DNA of 64,000 nucleotides from Clostridia bacterium (GCA_017504305.1 JAFVRJ010000008.1:3477-67476), one strand, 5' to 3'. Shown: positions 1 to 11,008, numbered from the stretch's first letter. Translations and numbers: made by a program. The notes: generated by a model not told the origin, from the letters alone.

Positions 1-192
1 GCCGATATTCTCGAAAAGATCGTTAACGACGTAGCGAAATATGCTAAAGAGGGGACAATAATGATTTCTTCCGGCATATTGGATACGCGTGTAGACGATT
101 TACTTAATATTTATCAAGCCCATGGCTTCAAATTGTTGTCAAGAATTGACGAGGGCGAGTGGGTAGGTGTAAAATTTGTTTATGGAACTTAA
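1..192 (+). CDS. prmA: 3' fragment of ribosomal protein L11 methyltransferase (PrmA-like); 5' end lies outside the window
   Basis: Frame 1 is open from the window edge to TAA at 190-192 (...AKEGTIMISSGILDTRVDDLLNIYQAHGFKLLSRIDEGEWVGVKFVYGT*). The ending resembles PrmA C-termini, and prmA-rsmE adjacency is conserved. It is absent from the ORF track because it has no start in the window. Confidence 0.55.
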   Translation, partial: ADILEKIVNDVAKYAKEGTIMISSGILDTRVDDLLNIYQAHGFKLLSRIDEGEWVGVKFVYGT

Positions 193-889
193 AAGATTTT
201 ACGGCTCGAAAATAGGCGATAAATTGCTATTAACCGATCGCGAATATTATCACTGTGTAAAGGTAACCCGACATAAATCGGGTTATTCGCTTATAGTGTG
301 CATTGGTGATGGAAAGGATTATTACGCTACTATTGATAAGATTACTAACGACGAGGTTATTTGTTCTGTCGAGTCTATTGTAGATAATAATAGCGAAACC
401 CGAGCTCCGTTGATATTATGTCAAGCGGTATGTAAAGAACTTGATTTTATTGTTCAAAAATCTGTTGAACTTGGCGTGACGGATATTATTCCCTTCTATT
501 CAGAGAGAACTAACGTTAAAAAGGTTTCGCAAGAAAGACTTGAAAATATCATTGTTGATGCCGCAAAACAGTGTGGTAGAGCGAAATTACCTATAGTTCA
601 TGAAGTAACTGATTTTAAGGGGGCTTTATCTAAGACGGCAAGTTGTGGTAATAAAGTCTTTTGCTATGAAAACGAGCGTAATCAAACTATAGAAAGCGTT
701 ATAGCAAATAGAGATGAAGCAACGGTCGTCATAATTGGCAGTGAAGGCGGTTTCAGCGAAAGTGAAGTAGAATACGCCGTGGCGCAAGGATATAAGGTAG
801 TAACGCTCGGAAGAAGAATTTTGCGTGCCGAAACTGCTGCAATAGTTGCATTAGCACTTACGTTGGATGGTATTAACGATATATGTTAA
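182..889 (+). CDS. rsmE: 16S rRNA (uracil1498-N3)-methyltransferase RsmE
   Basis: Track ORF 176-889. ATG at 182 (MELKRFYG) is the preferred start. C-terminal SPOUT-type motif 'IGSEGGFSESE...LGRRILRAETAA'. Lies downstream of prmA. Confidence 0.85.
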   Translation: MELKRFYGSKIGDKLLLTDREYYHCVKVTRHKSGYSLIVCIGDGKDYYATIDKITNDEVICSVESIVDNNSETRAPLILCQAVCKELDFIVQKSVELGVTDIIPFYSERTNVKKVSQERLENIIVDAAKQCGRAKLPIVHEVTDFKGALSKTASCGNKVFCYENERNQTIESVIANRDEATVVIIGSEGGFSESEVEYAVAQGYKVVTLGRRILRAETAAIVALALTLDGINDIC

Positions 890-2130
890 AGGCGGTAGTT
901 TTTAATTTAGGATGCAAGGTTAACCAATACGAGTGCGATGTATTGGTATCCGAACTGCGCAATTTAGGTTATCAAACCGCAGAAGATTTGGAGTATGCTG
1001 ATCTTTATGTTATTAACACATGCGCAGTAACCAACGAGGCCGAACGCAAGTCAAGACAGATTATTGCACGAATTAAAAAATTTAATCCGGATGCTGAAAT
1101 TATCATAACCGGATGCGCTTCTCAAAAGAATAAAGATTTTTATTTGAATAGTGGCGTAAAATACGTTAGTGGGGTTGGCGGAAAGGATAAGATTCTATCT
1201 GACGTTAGATTAGGCCTTAACGTTGGCAGTTTCCAATCTCCAAATAGTTACGAAGAACCTAACGCAATACCAAGCGGTGACCGCACTCGTGCTTACGTTA
1301 AGATTCAAGATGGATGCAACAATTTTTGCTCTTACTGCATAATACCTTATTTGCGTGGTAGATCTCGTTCGAGGGCTATTTCTAACGTTGTTGACGAGAT
1401 TAACGAGGTTGCACGTACTACTAAAGAGATCGTTATCACGGGCATAAATTTGGCCCAATACGGTATCGATAACGGTGAAACTCTTGCTGATTTAATTAAA
1501 GCAATTAAGGACGTCAACGTACGTATAAGATTAGGCTCTTTTTACGTTGAGGGTATTACGGATGAACTCTTAAAAGCGCTCAAAGAGCTGAAGGATTTTT
1601 GTCCTCACTTCCATCTCTCGTTGCAACATGGTGACGACGGAGTATTAAAATCCATGAATAGGCATTACACCTCCGCAGAGTACGTACAAAAGGTGGATTT
1701 AATACGTAAGTATTTTCCGTTAGCGGCTATTACTACCGATATAATCGTAGGATTTTCAACCGAAACAGAAGAAGCTTTTAATAACACTTTAGACTTTGTC
1801 AAAAAGGTTGAGTTTTCTGATATTCATATATTCCCGTATTCACCACGTGAGGGAACCAAGGCTTACAATTTACCCAGAATTAATTCGGAAATTGTAAATC
1901 AAAGAAAAAAATTATTAAAAGATATAAAAGATCAATTGAATCAAAATTATATCAAAAAGCTTATTAACGTGCCACAAAAGACGTTGTTTGAAACGGAATC
2001 CGATGGTTACAAAGTGGGCTATAGCCAATATTATATTAGAATTTATGCGCGCACGTGCAAAAATTATGTTATAATAAATCCAACCGCTTTATTTAAAGAC
2101 GGTTTGATAGGAGAAGTTATCTATGAATGA
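883..2130 (+). CDS. mtaB: MiaB-like radical-SAM tRNA methylthiotransferase (MtaB type)
   Basis: N-terminal MTTase Cys region (NLGCKVNQYE...NTCAVT...TGCA) and radical SAM motif 'CNNFCSYCIIP'. The start overlaps the rsmE stop. Confidence 0.85.
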   Translation: MLKAVVFNLGCKVNQYECDVLVSELRNLGYQTAEDLEYADLYVINTCAVTNEAERKSRQIIARIKKFNPDAEIIITGCASQKNKDFYLNSGVKYVSGVGGKDKILSDVRLGLNVGSFQSPNSYEEPNAIPSGDRTRAYVKIQDGCNNFCSYCIIPYLRGRSRSRAISNVVDEINEVARTTKEIVITGINLAQYGIDNGETLADLIKAIKDVNVRIRLGSFYVEGITDELLKALKELKDFCPHFHLSLQHGDDGVLKSMNRHYTSAEYVQKVDLIRKYFPLAAITTDIIVGFSTETEEAFNNTLDFVKKVEFSDIHIFPYSPREGTKAYNLPRINSEIVNQRKKLLKDIKDQLNQNYIKKLINVPQKTLFETESDGYKVGYSQYYIRIYARTCKNYVIINPTALFKDGLIGEVIYE

Positions 2131-2464
2131 TTGTATTTTTTGTAAGATAGCAAACGGGATAATCCCTTCAAAGAAGTTCTATGAAGATGAGAACATGGTT
2201 ATTATCGCAGATATCAATCCGCAAGCGACCAAACACTATTTGCTTATACCCAAGGAGCATTATGCCAATATCATCGAAATGACCGACGAGCAAGCTATTG
2301 TTTTAGGCAAGTGCCTTAAAAAGCTCTCGACTTTAGTAGATGAGCTTGGATTGCAAGATGGTTTTAGAATTGTTTCGAACAAAGGTGAAAACGGTTGCCA
2401 ATCGGTTGGTCATTTGCACGTTCATATTCTTGGCGGAGAAAAGCTATCTGACCGTATGGCATAG
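2123..2464 (+). CDS. HIT family protein (histidine triad nucleotide-binding)
   Basis: 113 aa with histidine triad 'HLHVHILGG'. Overlaps the mtaB stop. Confidence 0.85.
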   Translation: MNDCIFCKIANGIIPSKKFYEDENMVIIADINPQATKHYLLIPKEHYANIIEMTDEQAIVLGKCLKKLSTLVDELGLQDGFRIVSNKGENGCQSVGHLHVHILGGEKLSDRMA

Positions 2465-2486
2465 CTCTCTTTAGGAGATATTTAAA

Positions 2487-5171
2487 ATGTTAAAACTCAC
2501 AAACGTTACAAAAATTTATGAAATGGGAGAATATCGCGTTAATGCATTGCGCGGTGTTTCGATTGCTTTTAGAGAAAGTGAATTCGTATCAATAATAGGT
2601 GCATCCGGTTGTGGTAAGTCTACAATGCTAAACATTATAGGTGGCCTTGATAGATACACTACCGGTGATCTTGTCATCGGAGATACTTCTACTAAAGATT
2701 TCCATGCCGAACAATGGGATGCGTATCGTAATGCGACTATAGGCTTTGTTTTCCAAAACTATAATCTTATACCTCACTTAACCGTACTTGAAAACGTAGC
2801 GCTTGCTTTGAGCCTTTCAGGTGTAGACAAAGCAGAGCGTAACAAGAGGGCCATTGCTGCGCTTGAAAGAGTTGGCATGGGCAATGAATTGCGTAAAAAG
2901 CCATCGCAAATCAGTGGCGGTCAAATGCAGAGAGTTGCGATTGCACGTGCGCTTGTAAACGATCCGAAAATCGTGCTTGCAGACGAGCCTACCGGTGCGC
3001 TTGACTCCGAACTCAGCGTACAAGTTATGGAGGTTTTACAAGAGGTATCTCGCGATCGTTTGGTTATTATGGTTACCCACAATAACGAGCTTGCCAATAG
3101 CTATAGCACGCGTATCGTCAAGCTTAAAGACGGCTTGATCGACTATGACACCAACCCGTACGAGCAAGAAGAGGTTGCTGAACCTAACGTTCAATACGTA
3201 TATTCCAAAAAGTCCGGCAAGAAGGTAGAATCAGTAAACGATGTAGCTGAACAACCTGAAACTGTTACCGAAAACAAAAAAGTCGCGTTGCTAAATAAAC
3301 TTGGTATTAGCATTAAGCAAAAGGGCGCGCAATCACCGTTCAAAGCTACTTCGATGAAAGCTAAAACTGCTTTCCAACTTTCTTTTAAAAACCTTATTAC
3401 CAAAAAACGTCGTACTTTCCTTACCGCGTTTGCCGGTAGTATAGGCATTATAAGCCTCGCACTGGTGCTTTCGATGTCGAACGGCTTTAACCTATTTATC
3501 GACAATATGCAAACGTCTATTTTAGCAAGTGTTCCGATAGGTATTTACGAATATCGTTTGGATTATGAACAATTGCTATCAAGCGTTAGTGGTGGAGCAC
3601 TTATGGACCCCAATGCATCAGGACCGTCTTTCCCCGATGAAAAGGAAGTTTATATTTCCACTAAAGACGAGGGTGCCGGCGCTATGGGAGATATGATCGG
3701 CTTAATTACCGATACGGTAGGCCGTAACGAGATTAACGCTGAATTTATGCAATATCTATCGCAAATGGATGAGGATTGGGCTAAAACCGTGCATAATTTC
3801 TATGGTGTCCAAATGAATATTCTTGCAAAAAACAAGGGAGCTGACGGCGCCGTACAATACGTAGACGTTTCTCCCGATACAAAGGTGACAAATGCATTGA
3901 ATATTGCAACCCAAGTTCTTGGTGAAAACGGACAAGAGCCGGATAACTGGTATCAACTTGCGGGTACAAAAGATTTCGTTGGATATTATTATGACGTCAT
4001 AGCCGGTAAATATCCTTCTGCATATAATGAAATCGTTTTAGTTATTGACGGTAATAACAAAATTAACGTTAAGGCATTGGCGGATTTTGGCATCGACGTT
4101 TATCAAAGAGCGGAAGATGGTTCCTATATTTTAGATGACGAAAACAAGCCCGTTTATAGAAAGAGTATTTCATTTGACGAGATACTTTCACAAGAATTTA
4201 AACTTGTACCAAATAATAACTACTATGCAAAAGAAAGCGATACCAAGTTTGTTAGAAAGAGTGCAAGTGCGGACCTATATGATGCGGACGGCAACGTTAC
4301 TCTCAAGGTAGTAGGTATTCTTCGTACAAAACAAAACGCAACAGCTTCGTTGGTCGGTACTGCCCTTTGCTACACTAGCGAGCTTGGTGAGTACGTTTTG
4401 AATAACGCCAAGAATTCTGACGTAACTATTGCTCAAAAAGCTCAACTTGATGCGGGTAATGAAGTAAGCGTTATCAAAGGAACCTCTGTCGGACAAGATA
4501 CCGGTATCGGTGGCGATATATTTGGCTTTATGATGAACGGCTTAAATAAAACTCACTTTTTAAAAGCGTTAGGTATTGATACCAACCCCGTATATATCAA
4601 TATTTATCCCGTTGATTTTAATACCAAAGTCGAAATAACCGAGTACCTTGATGCATGGAACCGGTTGGACGGCGAAGTAGATGAAAAAGGCAATCATGAT
4701 ATCGAAGTAAAATACTTTGACGTATCGGAAATGTTTATTTCTAACATACGTTTGGTAATAAACTTGATGACATATGTACTTATTGCGGTAGCATCGATTT
4801 CACTTATCGTTTCTTGCGTAATGATCAGTATTATTACCTCAAACTCGGTAGTAGAGCGTACAAGAGAAATTGGTATCCTTCGTAGTTTGGGCGCGCGTAA
4901 ACGTGATATTTCCCGAGTGTTCGATGCAGAAACTTCTCTTATCGGATTATTCAGCGGTGTTCTTGGTATAGCTATTGCATATGCGTTAGTTCCGCTTATT
5001 AACCTTATTATCGGCAACGCCACAGGCGGTATCGATTCGCTCTTAAGACTAAGTCCATTACATGCAGGATTGTTGATAGTTTTAAGTTTAGGTCTTACCG
5101 TATTAAGTGGCTTAATCCCCAGTCAGTCCGCCGCAAACAAGAACGTTGTAGATGCGTTGAGAATAGAATAG
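2487..5171 (+). CDS. Fused ABC transporter: ATP-binding domain + FtsX/MacB-type permease with a large extracytoplasmic domain
   Basis: Walker A 'GASGCGKST', signature 'ISGGQMQRV', Walker B 'VLADEPT'. One TM lies near aa ~310, followed by a ~400-aa hydrophilic region and a C-terminal FtsX-like 3-TM block. RBS is AGGAGA. Confidence 0.85.
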   Translation: MLKLTNVTKIYEMGEYRVNALRGVSIAFRESEFVSIIGASGCGKSTMLNIIGGLDRYTTGDLVIGDTSTKDFHAEQWDAYRNATIGFVFQNYNLIPHLTVLENVALALSLSGVDKAERNKRAIAALERVGMGNELRKKPSQISGGQMQRVAIARALVNDPKIVLADEPTGALDSELSVQVMEVLQEVSRDRLVIMVTHNNELANSYSTRIVKLKDGLIDYDTNPYEQEEVAEPNVQYVYSKKSGKKVESVNDVAEQPETVTENKKVALLNKLGISIKQKGAQSPFKATSMKAKTAFQLSFKNLITKKRRTFLTAFAGSIGIISLALVLSMSNGFNLFIDNMQTSILASVPIGIYEYRLDYEQLLSSVSGGALMDPNASGPSFPDEKEVYISTKDEGAGAMGDMIGLITDTVGRNEINAEFMQYLSQMDEDWAKTVHNFYGVQMNILAKNKGADGAVQYVDVSPDTKVTNALNIATQVLGENGQEPDNWYQLAGTKDFVGYYYDVIAGKYPSAYNEIVLVIDGNNKINVKALADFGIDVYQRAEDGSYILDDENKPVYRKSISFDEILSQEFKLVPNNNYYAKESDTKFVRKSASADLYDADGNVTLKVVGILRTKQNATASLVGTALCYTSELGEYVLNNAKNSDVTIAQKAQLDAGNEVSVIKGTSVGQDTGIGGDIFGFMMNGLNKTHFLKALGIDTNPVYINIYPVDFNTKVEITEYLDAWNRLDGEVDEKGNHDIEVKYFDVSEMFISNIRLVINLMTYVLIAVASISLIVSCVMISIITSNSVVERTREIGILRSLGARKRDISRVFDAETSLIGLFSGVLGIAIAYALVPLINLIIGNATGGIDSLLRLSPLHAGLLIVLSLGLTVLSGLIPSQSAANKNVVDALRIE

Positions 5172-5190
5172 GTGTAGTAGAAACACTAAA

Positions 5191-5216
5191 AGAGGTGCCA
5201 GCGCACCTCTTTTTTA
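5191..5216 (+). terminator. Rho-independent terminator after the ABC transporter gene
   Basis: Hairpin agaggtgc-cagc-gcacctct followed by TTTTT. Confidence 0.75.
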
Positions 5217-5220
5217 AAAC

Positions 5221-5249
5221 AAAAGCATCGGCTAATGCCGATGCTTTTT
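5221..5249 (-). terminator. Rho-independent terminator of rpsU (minus strand)
   Basis: 12-bp hairpin aaaagcatcggc-taat-gccgatgctttt with a T-run on the minus strand, directly downstream of the rpsU stop. Confidence 0.75.
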
Positions 5250-5262
5250 AGTTTAGTACCAA

Positions 5263-5439
5263 TTATTTGTACATTCTCTTGCGAGCAGCTTCTGCCTTCT
5301 TTTTACGGCGAACGCTGGGTTTTTCGTAAGCTTCTTTACGACGGAGGTCACCGATGATGCCGTCATTAGCGCACTTCTTCTTCCATCTACGAATAGCGGA
5401 ATCGAGGTTTTCGTTCTCTTTTACGATTACGGTCGACAT
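5263..5439 (-). CDS. rpsU: 30S ribosomal protein S21
   Basis: Not in the ORF track (58 aa). The reverse-strand translation is [58 protein letters not shown], a canonical S21. RBS GGAGGTG lies 7 nt upstream. Confidence 0.9.
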   Translation of the reverse strand: MSTVIVKENENLDSAIRRWKKKCANDGIIGDLRRKEAYEKPSVRRKKKAEAARKRMYK

Positions 5440-5623
5440 TCAAATTCACCTCCTTGTAACTTACTTCCGATTTATAATACTAAATTATTTTTATTTTGTC
5501 AAACGTTAACTGCGTTATTTTCTTTTATTAGGTTATTTTTGTCTTTATTTGTCGAATCACCTTAAATTTTATTAAGTCGCTATATAATGTTTAGTGAATT
5601 TTGAACGATTAGGAGATTTAATT

Positions 5624-5965
5624 ATGGCTACACAACGCACAAGAAGTGTTATTTTCAAAGAAATGCGGGAGCGCATGACCAATAGGGACTATTCTACGAT
5701 ACAAAAGCTTCGTTCGATTAAGAACGTTGATAGGGTTGTTATGTTAGGTGGAAAAAGGCTAACAGCCGACGAAATTTACGCATACTATGAAAGAGTTTCT
5801 GAGATTCAGCGCTCGGATAACCTTTGTCTTAAAGCAATTGGGTGTTTGATAGATCACGCCGTTTTCGACAAAATGGATGATAGCGCAAAACAACGTTACG
5901 TTTTAGATTTGTCGTCGTTTTATTTAAGTTTAAAAGAGGAATATTTAACAAAAGAACACTCATAA
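5624..5965 (+). CDS. Hypothetical protein (113 aa from ATG 5624)
   Basis: Track ORF 5594-5965. ATG at 5624 is preceded by AGGAGA. I recognise no family. Confidence 0.5.
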   Translation: MATQRTRSVIFKEMRERMTNRDYSTIQKLRSIKNVDRVVMLGGKRLTADEIYAYYERVSEIQRSDNLCLKAIGCLIDHAVFDKMDDSAKQRYVLDLSSFYLSLKEEYLTKEHS

Positions 5966-6068
5966 TACATATATTATTATTTAATAAAATAATATAAGGA
6001 CTTTTTTGCGTATCGTCGTATTATCTATTGTAATTTGATTACGTACTACGCATTAACGAGGTTTTTTT

Positions 6069-7802
6069 GTGCCACAATTCCCCGAAAGATGGCTTGAAGA
6101 GCTAAAAGCTAAATCCGATATTGTCTCGATTCTTGGTAAATTTATGTATTTGCAAAGGAAGGGCAATAAGTATTGGGCCTGCTGTCCTTTTCATAATGAG
6201 AAGACAGCCTCTTTCGTCGTTAACGCAGATGATCAATACTATCATTGTTTTGGTTGTCACAAGAGTGGTAATGTAATTACTTTTTTGATGGAACACGAGC
6301 GAATGACCTACCCCGAAGCGGTAGAATATCTTGCCAAAGAAGCTCGCATGGAAATCCCCGAAAGCGACGATCCTGAGTTTACTGCGCGTAAAGTCAAGCT
6401 TGATAAGCTTGTTGCCGTCAACCGCGCTGCCGCTAAATACTATTATTCCAATCTATCCTGTCCCGAAGCCCAATCTGCTATTGCTTATATGGATAAGCGC
6501 AATCTTCGTAACGATATAAGAGTATCGTTCGGTTTGGGCTACTCGATAGATGGTGACGGACTTATTAAAACGTTAACCGCACAAGGTTTTGCAAAAGAAA
6601 CAATGATAAGTGCAGGCCTTGTTAATGAAGACGGATATGATCCACTGGCTAAACGATTGATTATACCTATTATCAATGCAAAAGGGCAGGTCGTAGGATT
6701 TGGCGGTAGAACGCTTCAAAAGGACGTAAAACCTAAATATCGCAATACTAAGGGAACGCCAATATTTGATAAGCGAAAAAACCTATATAACATTAACTTG
6801 TTTAAACGTACTCAAGCTGATGAAAAACACTCGTCGGTTATTTTAACCGAAGGTTATATGGACGTAATTAGCTTATATCAAAGCGGTTTGCACAACGTTG
6901 TTGCATCGATGGGTACTTCGTTAACTATCGAACAATGTAACGAGCTACGCAAGTACGTGCCGAGAGTTTACGTTTGCTACGACGGTGACGCCGCCGGTCA
7001 AATGGCAACTTGGCGTTCGCTTGATATGCTTTCAAGCGTGGGCTTGGAAGTTAAGGTTATGAGTTTACCGGACGGCATGGACCCCGATGATACCGTTAAT
7101 AAGCTTGGCATCGAGGGCTTCAATAAGCTTATGGCAGAGGCGTTACCTCTTACGGAGTTTAAGATTAGGTCTCTTGCAAGTAGGCAAGATCGTTCTACAC
7201 TTGATGGACGTGAAAAGTTTGCGTTATCTACCGTTAAGGTTCTTGCAGAATTAGAGCCTATTTCGCGTGACGTCTACGTTAAGTTGGTTTCGGAGTTAAG
7301 TGGGCTTTCAACTGATAGTATATTAAGTTCCATAGATAAATTTTTAAGTGGTGAAGCACTTGAAAAACCTGCGGTTGTCAAGCCCAAGCAAACTGAAGTC
7401 TCAAGCATTAACCTTCAAATGTGCAGGTTTGTGCTTGCATCTATGGTAGAGCTTAAGGATTACGTCACGTTGTCGGATTTAAAGGAAGAATTATTTGAAA
7501 ACGAGGTTCATAAAGCCGTTTACAAATACATAATTGACCGCATTGAGGCCAAAATAAGACCTAAAAAAGGTGACTTATATGATTTGGCTTTAGAGGATAA
7601 ATCGGAAATTGATGCCATCATAGCAAGCTTGGATGCGGTACCGTTTGATAAGCAAGGCGAGCATTTTGCTCAATATATGAAAAAGCTTACGCAAAGTGCA
7701 AAGCAGGCGGAAATTGATAAGGTGCTTGAGGAAATTAAGACTGCAACACCCGAGCAACAAGTAATATTAAAGCAACAGCTATTGAAGCTGTTAAATAAGT
7801 AA
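6069..7802 (+). CDS. dnaG: DNA primase
   Basis: CHC2 zinc finger 'CCPFHNEKTASF...YHCFGCHKSG' and TOPRIM 'ILTEGYMDV...CYDGDAAG'. GTG start with GAGG upstream. Confidence 0.92.
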   Translation: MPQFPERWLEELKAKSDIVSILGKFMYLQRKGNKYWACCPFHNEKTASFVVNADDQYYHCFGCHKSGNVITFLMEHERMTYPEAVEYLAKEARMEIPESDDPEFTARKVKLDKLVAVNRAAAKYYYSNLSCPEAQSAIAYMDKRNLRNDIRVSFGLGYSIDGDGLIKTLTAQGFAKETMISAGLVNEDGYDPLAKRLIIPIINAKGQVVGFGGRTLQKDVKPKYRNTKGTPIFDKRKNLYNINLFKRTQADEKHSSVILTEGYMDVISLYQSGLHNVVASMGTSLTIEQCNELRKYVPRVYVCYDGDAAGQMATWRSLDMLSSVGLEVKVMSLPDGMDPDDTVNKLGIEGFNKLMAEALPLTEFKIRSLASRQDRSTLDGREKFALSTVKVLAELEPISRDVYVKLVSELSGLSTDSILSSIDKFLSGEALEKPAVVKPKQTEVSSINLQMCRFVLASMVELKDYVTLSDLKEELFENEVHKAVYKYIIDRIEAKIRPKKGDLYDLALEDKSEIDAIIASLDAVPFDKQGEHFAQYMKKLTQSAKQAEIDKVLEEIKTATPEQQVILKQQLLKLLNK

Positions 7803-7827
7803 CAATTAAACCAAGGAGGACGCGTTA

Positions 7828-8895
7828 ATGTCTGACCGTGAACAAAAAATCAAGGCAGAAGTACAACGTATTGTTGATTCCTACAAAGAAAAGGAAGTCA
7901 AAACTATCAACGAAGAAGATCTTTTAAATAAGCTTGATAAACTCGCGCTCGATCCGCAAGATATCGAAAATATTTATAAAGAGTTAGAGGAAAGTGGAAT
8001 TACCATAGCAGAGCAATCCAGCGTAAAAAACGACCAACTTCTTCAAAAAATAATGAACGAAGTCAATATTGACGACTCCGTTAAAATGTATTTGAAGGAT
8101 ATTGGTAGGGTTCCGCTACTCACCGCTGAAGAGGAGCTTTCTCTTGCAAAAGAGATGTCCGAAGGCAATGCTGCTGCAAAGGACAAGCTCATCAATGCTA
8201 ACTTACGTCTTGTAGTAAGTATTGCAAAACGTTACGTTGGTAGAGGCATGGCGTTCCTCGACTTGATCCAAGAGGGTAACCTCGGTCTTATGAAAGCCGT
8301 TGACAAGTTTGACTATACCAAGGGGTTTAAATTCTCGACGTATGCAACGTGGTGGATTAGGCAAGCTATCACTCGTTCAATAGCCGATCAAGCTCGTACC
8401 ATCCGTATTCCCGTTCATATGGTTGAAACCATCAACAAGCTCATCAAGGTTTCACGTTCCCTTCTTCAACAATTAGGTAGAGAGCCCACTTCGGAAGAAA
8501 TCGCCGAAGCTATGGGAATATCTGAAGCTCGTGTTATTGAAATCCAAAAGATAGCACAAGATCCCGTTTCATTGGAAACTCCTATTGGCGAAGAAGATGA
8601 TAGCCATTTGGGTGATTTTATCGAGGATACCAGTGCGACTGCACCTATCGATGCAGCAGAAGCTAATATGCTTAAAGAACAAGTAAACGAGATTCTTGGT
8701 ACTCTTGCTCCTCGCGAAGCGATGGTATTGATTTTACGTTACGGCCTACGCGACAATCGTCCGCGTACTCTTGAAGAAGTTGGTAAAGTCTTTAACGTAA
8801 CCCGTGAAAGAATTCGTCAAATCGAGGCAAAGGCTTTAAGACGCTTAAAGCACCCCAACAAGACTAAAAAGCTACGCGACTTTTTAGATAAATAA
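7828..8895 (+). CDS. rpoD: Primary RNA polymerase sigma factor (sigma-70 / SigA)
   Basis: Region 2 '[15 protein letters not shown]' and region 4.2 '[29 protein letters not shown]'. Follows dnaG. Confidence 0.95.
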   Translation: MSDREQKIKAEVQRIVDSYKEKEVKTINEEDLLNKLDKLALDPQDIENIYKELEESGITIAEQSSVKNDQLLQKIMNEVNIDDSVKMYLKDIGRVPLLTAEEELSLAKEMSEGNAAAKDKLINANLRLVVSIAKRYVGRGMAFLDLIQEGNLGLMKAVDKFDYTKGFKFSTYATWWIRQAITRSIADQARTIRIPVHMVETINKLIKVSRSLLQQLGREPTSEEIAEAMGISEARVIEIQKIAQDPVSLETPIGEEDDSHLGDFIEDTSATAPIDAAEANMLKEQVNEILGTLAPREAMVLILRYGLRDNRPRTLEEVGKVFNVTRERIRQIEAKALRRLKHPNKTKKLRDFLDK

Positions 8896-8896
8896 T

Positions 8897-9538
8897 ATGA
8901 TTAAGTTAGATAGTAGGCTCAAAGCTCTTTTGAGTGAAATAGTCGGCCCTATAGTTGCCGACGTTGGGTGCGATCATGGTAAGCTTTCGGTTGAAGCGTT
9001 AATTGGTGATTATGCCGAAAAAGTTATTGCCGTAGATATTAGCCCCTTGAGCCTAAATAAGACCATTGAGCTTGCAAATGAAAAGGGTGTATCTCAAAGA
9101 ATAGATTGCAGAGTTAGTAATGGCTTTGAGACTATTACCGAATCGTTGGATACCGCGGTTATAGCTGGGCTCGGTGGTTATGAGATAAAAGACATATTGT
9201 CAAAAAAGGTTCCTGATATTAAGCGTTTGGTTATCTGTCCTCACCAAAATACGGCAGTTGCTCGTAAGGCAATTAATGAATTTGGATATGGTGCAGTGAG
9301 GGACTACGTTGTTAAATCGGGCAGTAAATTTTACCAAATAATCGTTGCGGAAAAGGGACTCATGCCGTATTCGCAAAAGGAATTAAGGTTTGGTAAAAAC
9401 TTGCCTAAAAGTAAGGACTTTGACGATATGATTATCTCTCGGAAAAAAGTGTTGGAAGATCGCTTTGCAGGCAAAGAAATACCTGAAGGCGAAATGTTAA
9501 ACGAATACGAGGAGTTAGTTGCGATATGCTCAAGATAA
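8897..9538 (+). CDS. trmK: tRNA (adenine22-N1)-methyltransferase TrmK-like
   Basis: SAM-MTase motif 'VADVGCDHGKL'. Conserved position after rpoD (yqfN-like). Confidence 0.75.
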   Translation: MIKLDSRLKALLSEIVGPIVADVGCDHGKLSVEALIGDYAEKVIAVDISPLSLNKTIELANEKGVSQRIDCRVSNGFETITESLDTAVIAGLGGYEIKDILSKKVPDIKRLVICPHQNTAVARKAINEFGYGAVRDYVVKSGSKFYQIIVAEKGLMPYSQKELRFGKNLPKSKDFDDMIISRKKVLEDRFAGKEIPEGEMLNEYEELVAICSR

Positions 9539-10299
9539 AAGACGTTATCAATGTAATGGAGCAATACGCACCGCTTGAAAATCAAGCGGAGTATGACAAT
9601 TGTGGCCTTTTGTACGGCGACTTAAACTGGGATTATAAAGGGGTATTGATTACGTTAGATACTTCAGAACAGGTAGTTAAAGAAGCGATTGAAAAAGGTG
9701 CTAATTTAATTATTGAGCATCATCCCAGTATCTTTATGCCTATCAAAAAGATAAGCCTTAATATACCCAAGCATCGTGCTATTGCTTTAGCAATCAAAAA
9801 CGATATAGCCATCTATAGCGCGCATACGAGCGTTGACTTTACAGAAGGTGGTCTTAATGATAAGGTTATGGATCTTATAGGTTGCGTAGAGTACGATACT
9901 TCTTCGGGAAGAGCTTCAGATATGCGCGTAGGTATACTTAAAGAAAGTAAAACGCTTTCGCAATTATCCGATAGCATCAAAGCGACTTTTAACGATTCTC
10001 ACGTAGTAACGGTAGGGGATCTCAACAAACAAATAAATAAAATAGCCGTAGTAAACGGAGGCGGTGGTGGCCGTGAGGGCGAAGTAATTGAAGCAATCAA
10101 CGCAGGAGCCGACGTTTATATTTCAGGTGATTTTAAGTATAACGTACTTCGTCTTGCTAAAGATCTTGGCTATGCTTGCATAGTATTTGGTCATTACGAA
10201 AGCGAAATGCCGTTTATAAAATTAGTTAAAGAACAATTAGTTAAAGGTGGCATAGGTAACGTATGCGAAACCACGTGTTGCACTAACCCCTTGAATTAA
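9526..10299 (+). CDS. Nif3-like dinuclear metal centre protein (YqfO/YbgI family)
   Basis: 257 aa with 'LIIEHHPSIF', 'SAHTSVD' and 'GHYESE' motifs. Synteny after trmK. Confidence 0.8.
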   Translation: MLKIKDVINVMEQYAPLENQAEYDNCGLLYGDLNWDYKGVLITLDTSEQVVKEAIEKGANLIIEHHPSIFMPIKKISLNIPKHRAIALAIKNDIAIYSAHTSVDFTEGGLNDKVMDLIGCVEYDTSSGRASDMRVGILKESKTLSQLSDSIKATFNDSHVVTVGDLNKQINKIAVVNGGGGGREGEVIEAINAGADVYISGDFKYNVLRLAKDLGYACIVFGHYESEMPFIKLVKEQLVKGGIGNVCETTCCTNPLN

Positions 10300-10309
10300 G
10301 GAGTACAAT

Positions 10310-11008
10310 ATGAATATTGCTAAAATTTTAGAGTACCAAAAGCTTGATTTAGTTATTTATAAGGCGGATAGAGATTACGTCAATAGTAACGAAAACAAAA
10401 AGTATCAAGCAGTAAGAGCCAATATTATCGAGATCACCGAATCGTTAATTAAACTCGATAAAGAGGCTGCAGACATTTTTGCTGATATCGAAAAGCTTAA
10501 GACTTTGCTTGACGCATTTGTAAAAAAGTCAAAATCCACTCCATTGACCGGAGCAAAAACGCTTGACCAAGCAGATAAGCTTGATGAAACTATCGGCGCT
10601 CTTGACAGTGAGCTAAACGGCCTTGATAAAGAGTTACAAAAGTCGTTTAAGCGTCTTAATGAGATCTCCCGCGAGGCTAAAGAGTTGAGTAGTAAGTATG
10701 CTGCACTCAAGGTTGAACTCAAAAAGGTTGAGGAATTACGTAAACAAAAGAGAACTGAAATCATCAACTCAATCAACAAAGAGGGCAATCTTTTGAACGA
10801 GATGAAAGAGACCATGGATCCCAAGGATCTTGCAATTTACTCTCGTGCACGCGCAGCGAAAGTGAAGATGCCTATCGTTGTTGAGTATAAAGATGGACAC
10901 TGTGCAGCTTGCGGTATGGAGATTAAATCTGAAGTTGAGAATAAACTTCAAAACCCAGGCGATATAGCAGAGTGCCCAAACTGTAGGAGAATCGTTTATA
11001 AAAAATAA
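10310..11008 (+). CDS. Coiled-coil protein with C-terminal C4 zinc ribbon (COG1579/DUF164 type)
   Basis: Long heptad-rich region plus 'CAACGMEI...CPNCRRIV'. Usual neighbour of nif3. Confidence 0.75.
   Translation: MNIAKILEYQKLDLVIYKADRDYVNSNENKKYQAVRANIIEITESLIKLDKEAADIFADIEKLKTLLDAFVKKSKSTPLTGAKTLDQADKLDETIGALDSELNGLDKELQKSFKRLNEISREAKELSSKYAALKVELKKVEELRKQKRTEIINSINKEGNLLNEMKETMDPKDLAIYSRARAAKVKMPIVVEYKDGHCAACGMEIKSEVENKLQNPGDIAECPNCRRIVYKK

Noticed and set aside
176-181. Track start of rsmE at 176 (MFMELK...).
   Set aside because: Position 176 is a non-ATG codon inside the prmA 3' end. The ATG at 182 gives the conserved MELKRFY-type N-terminus.
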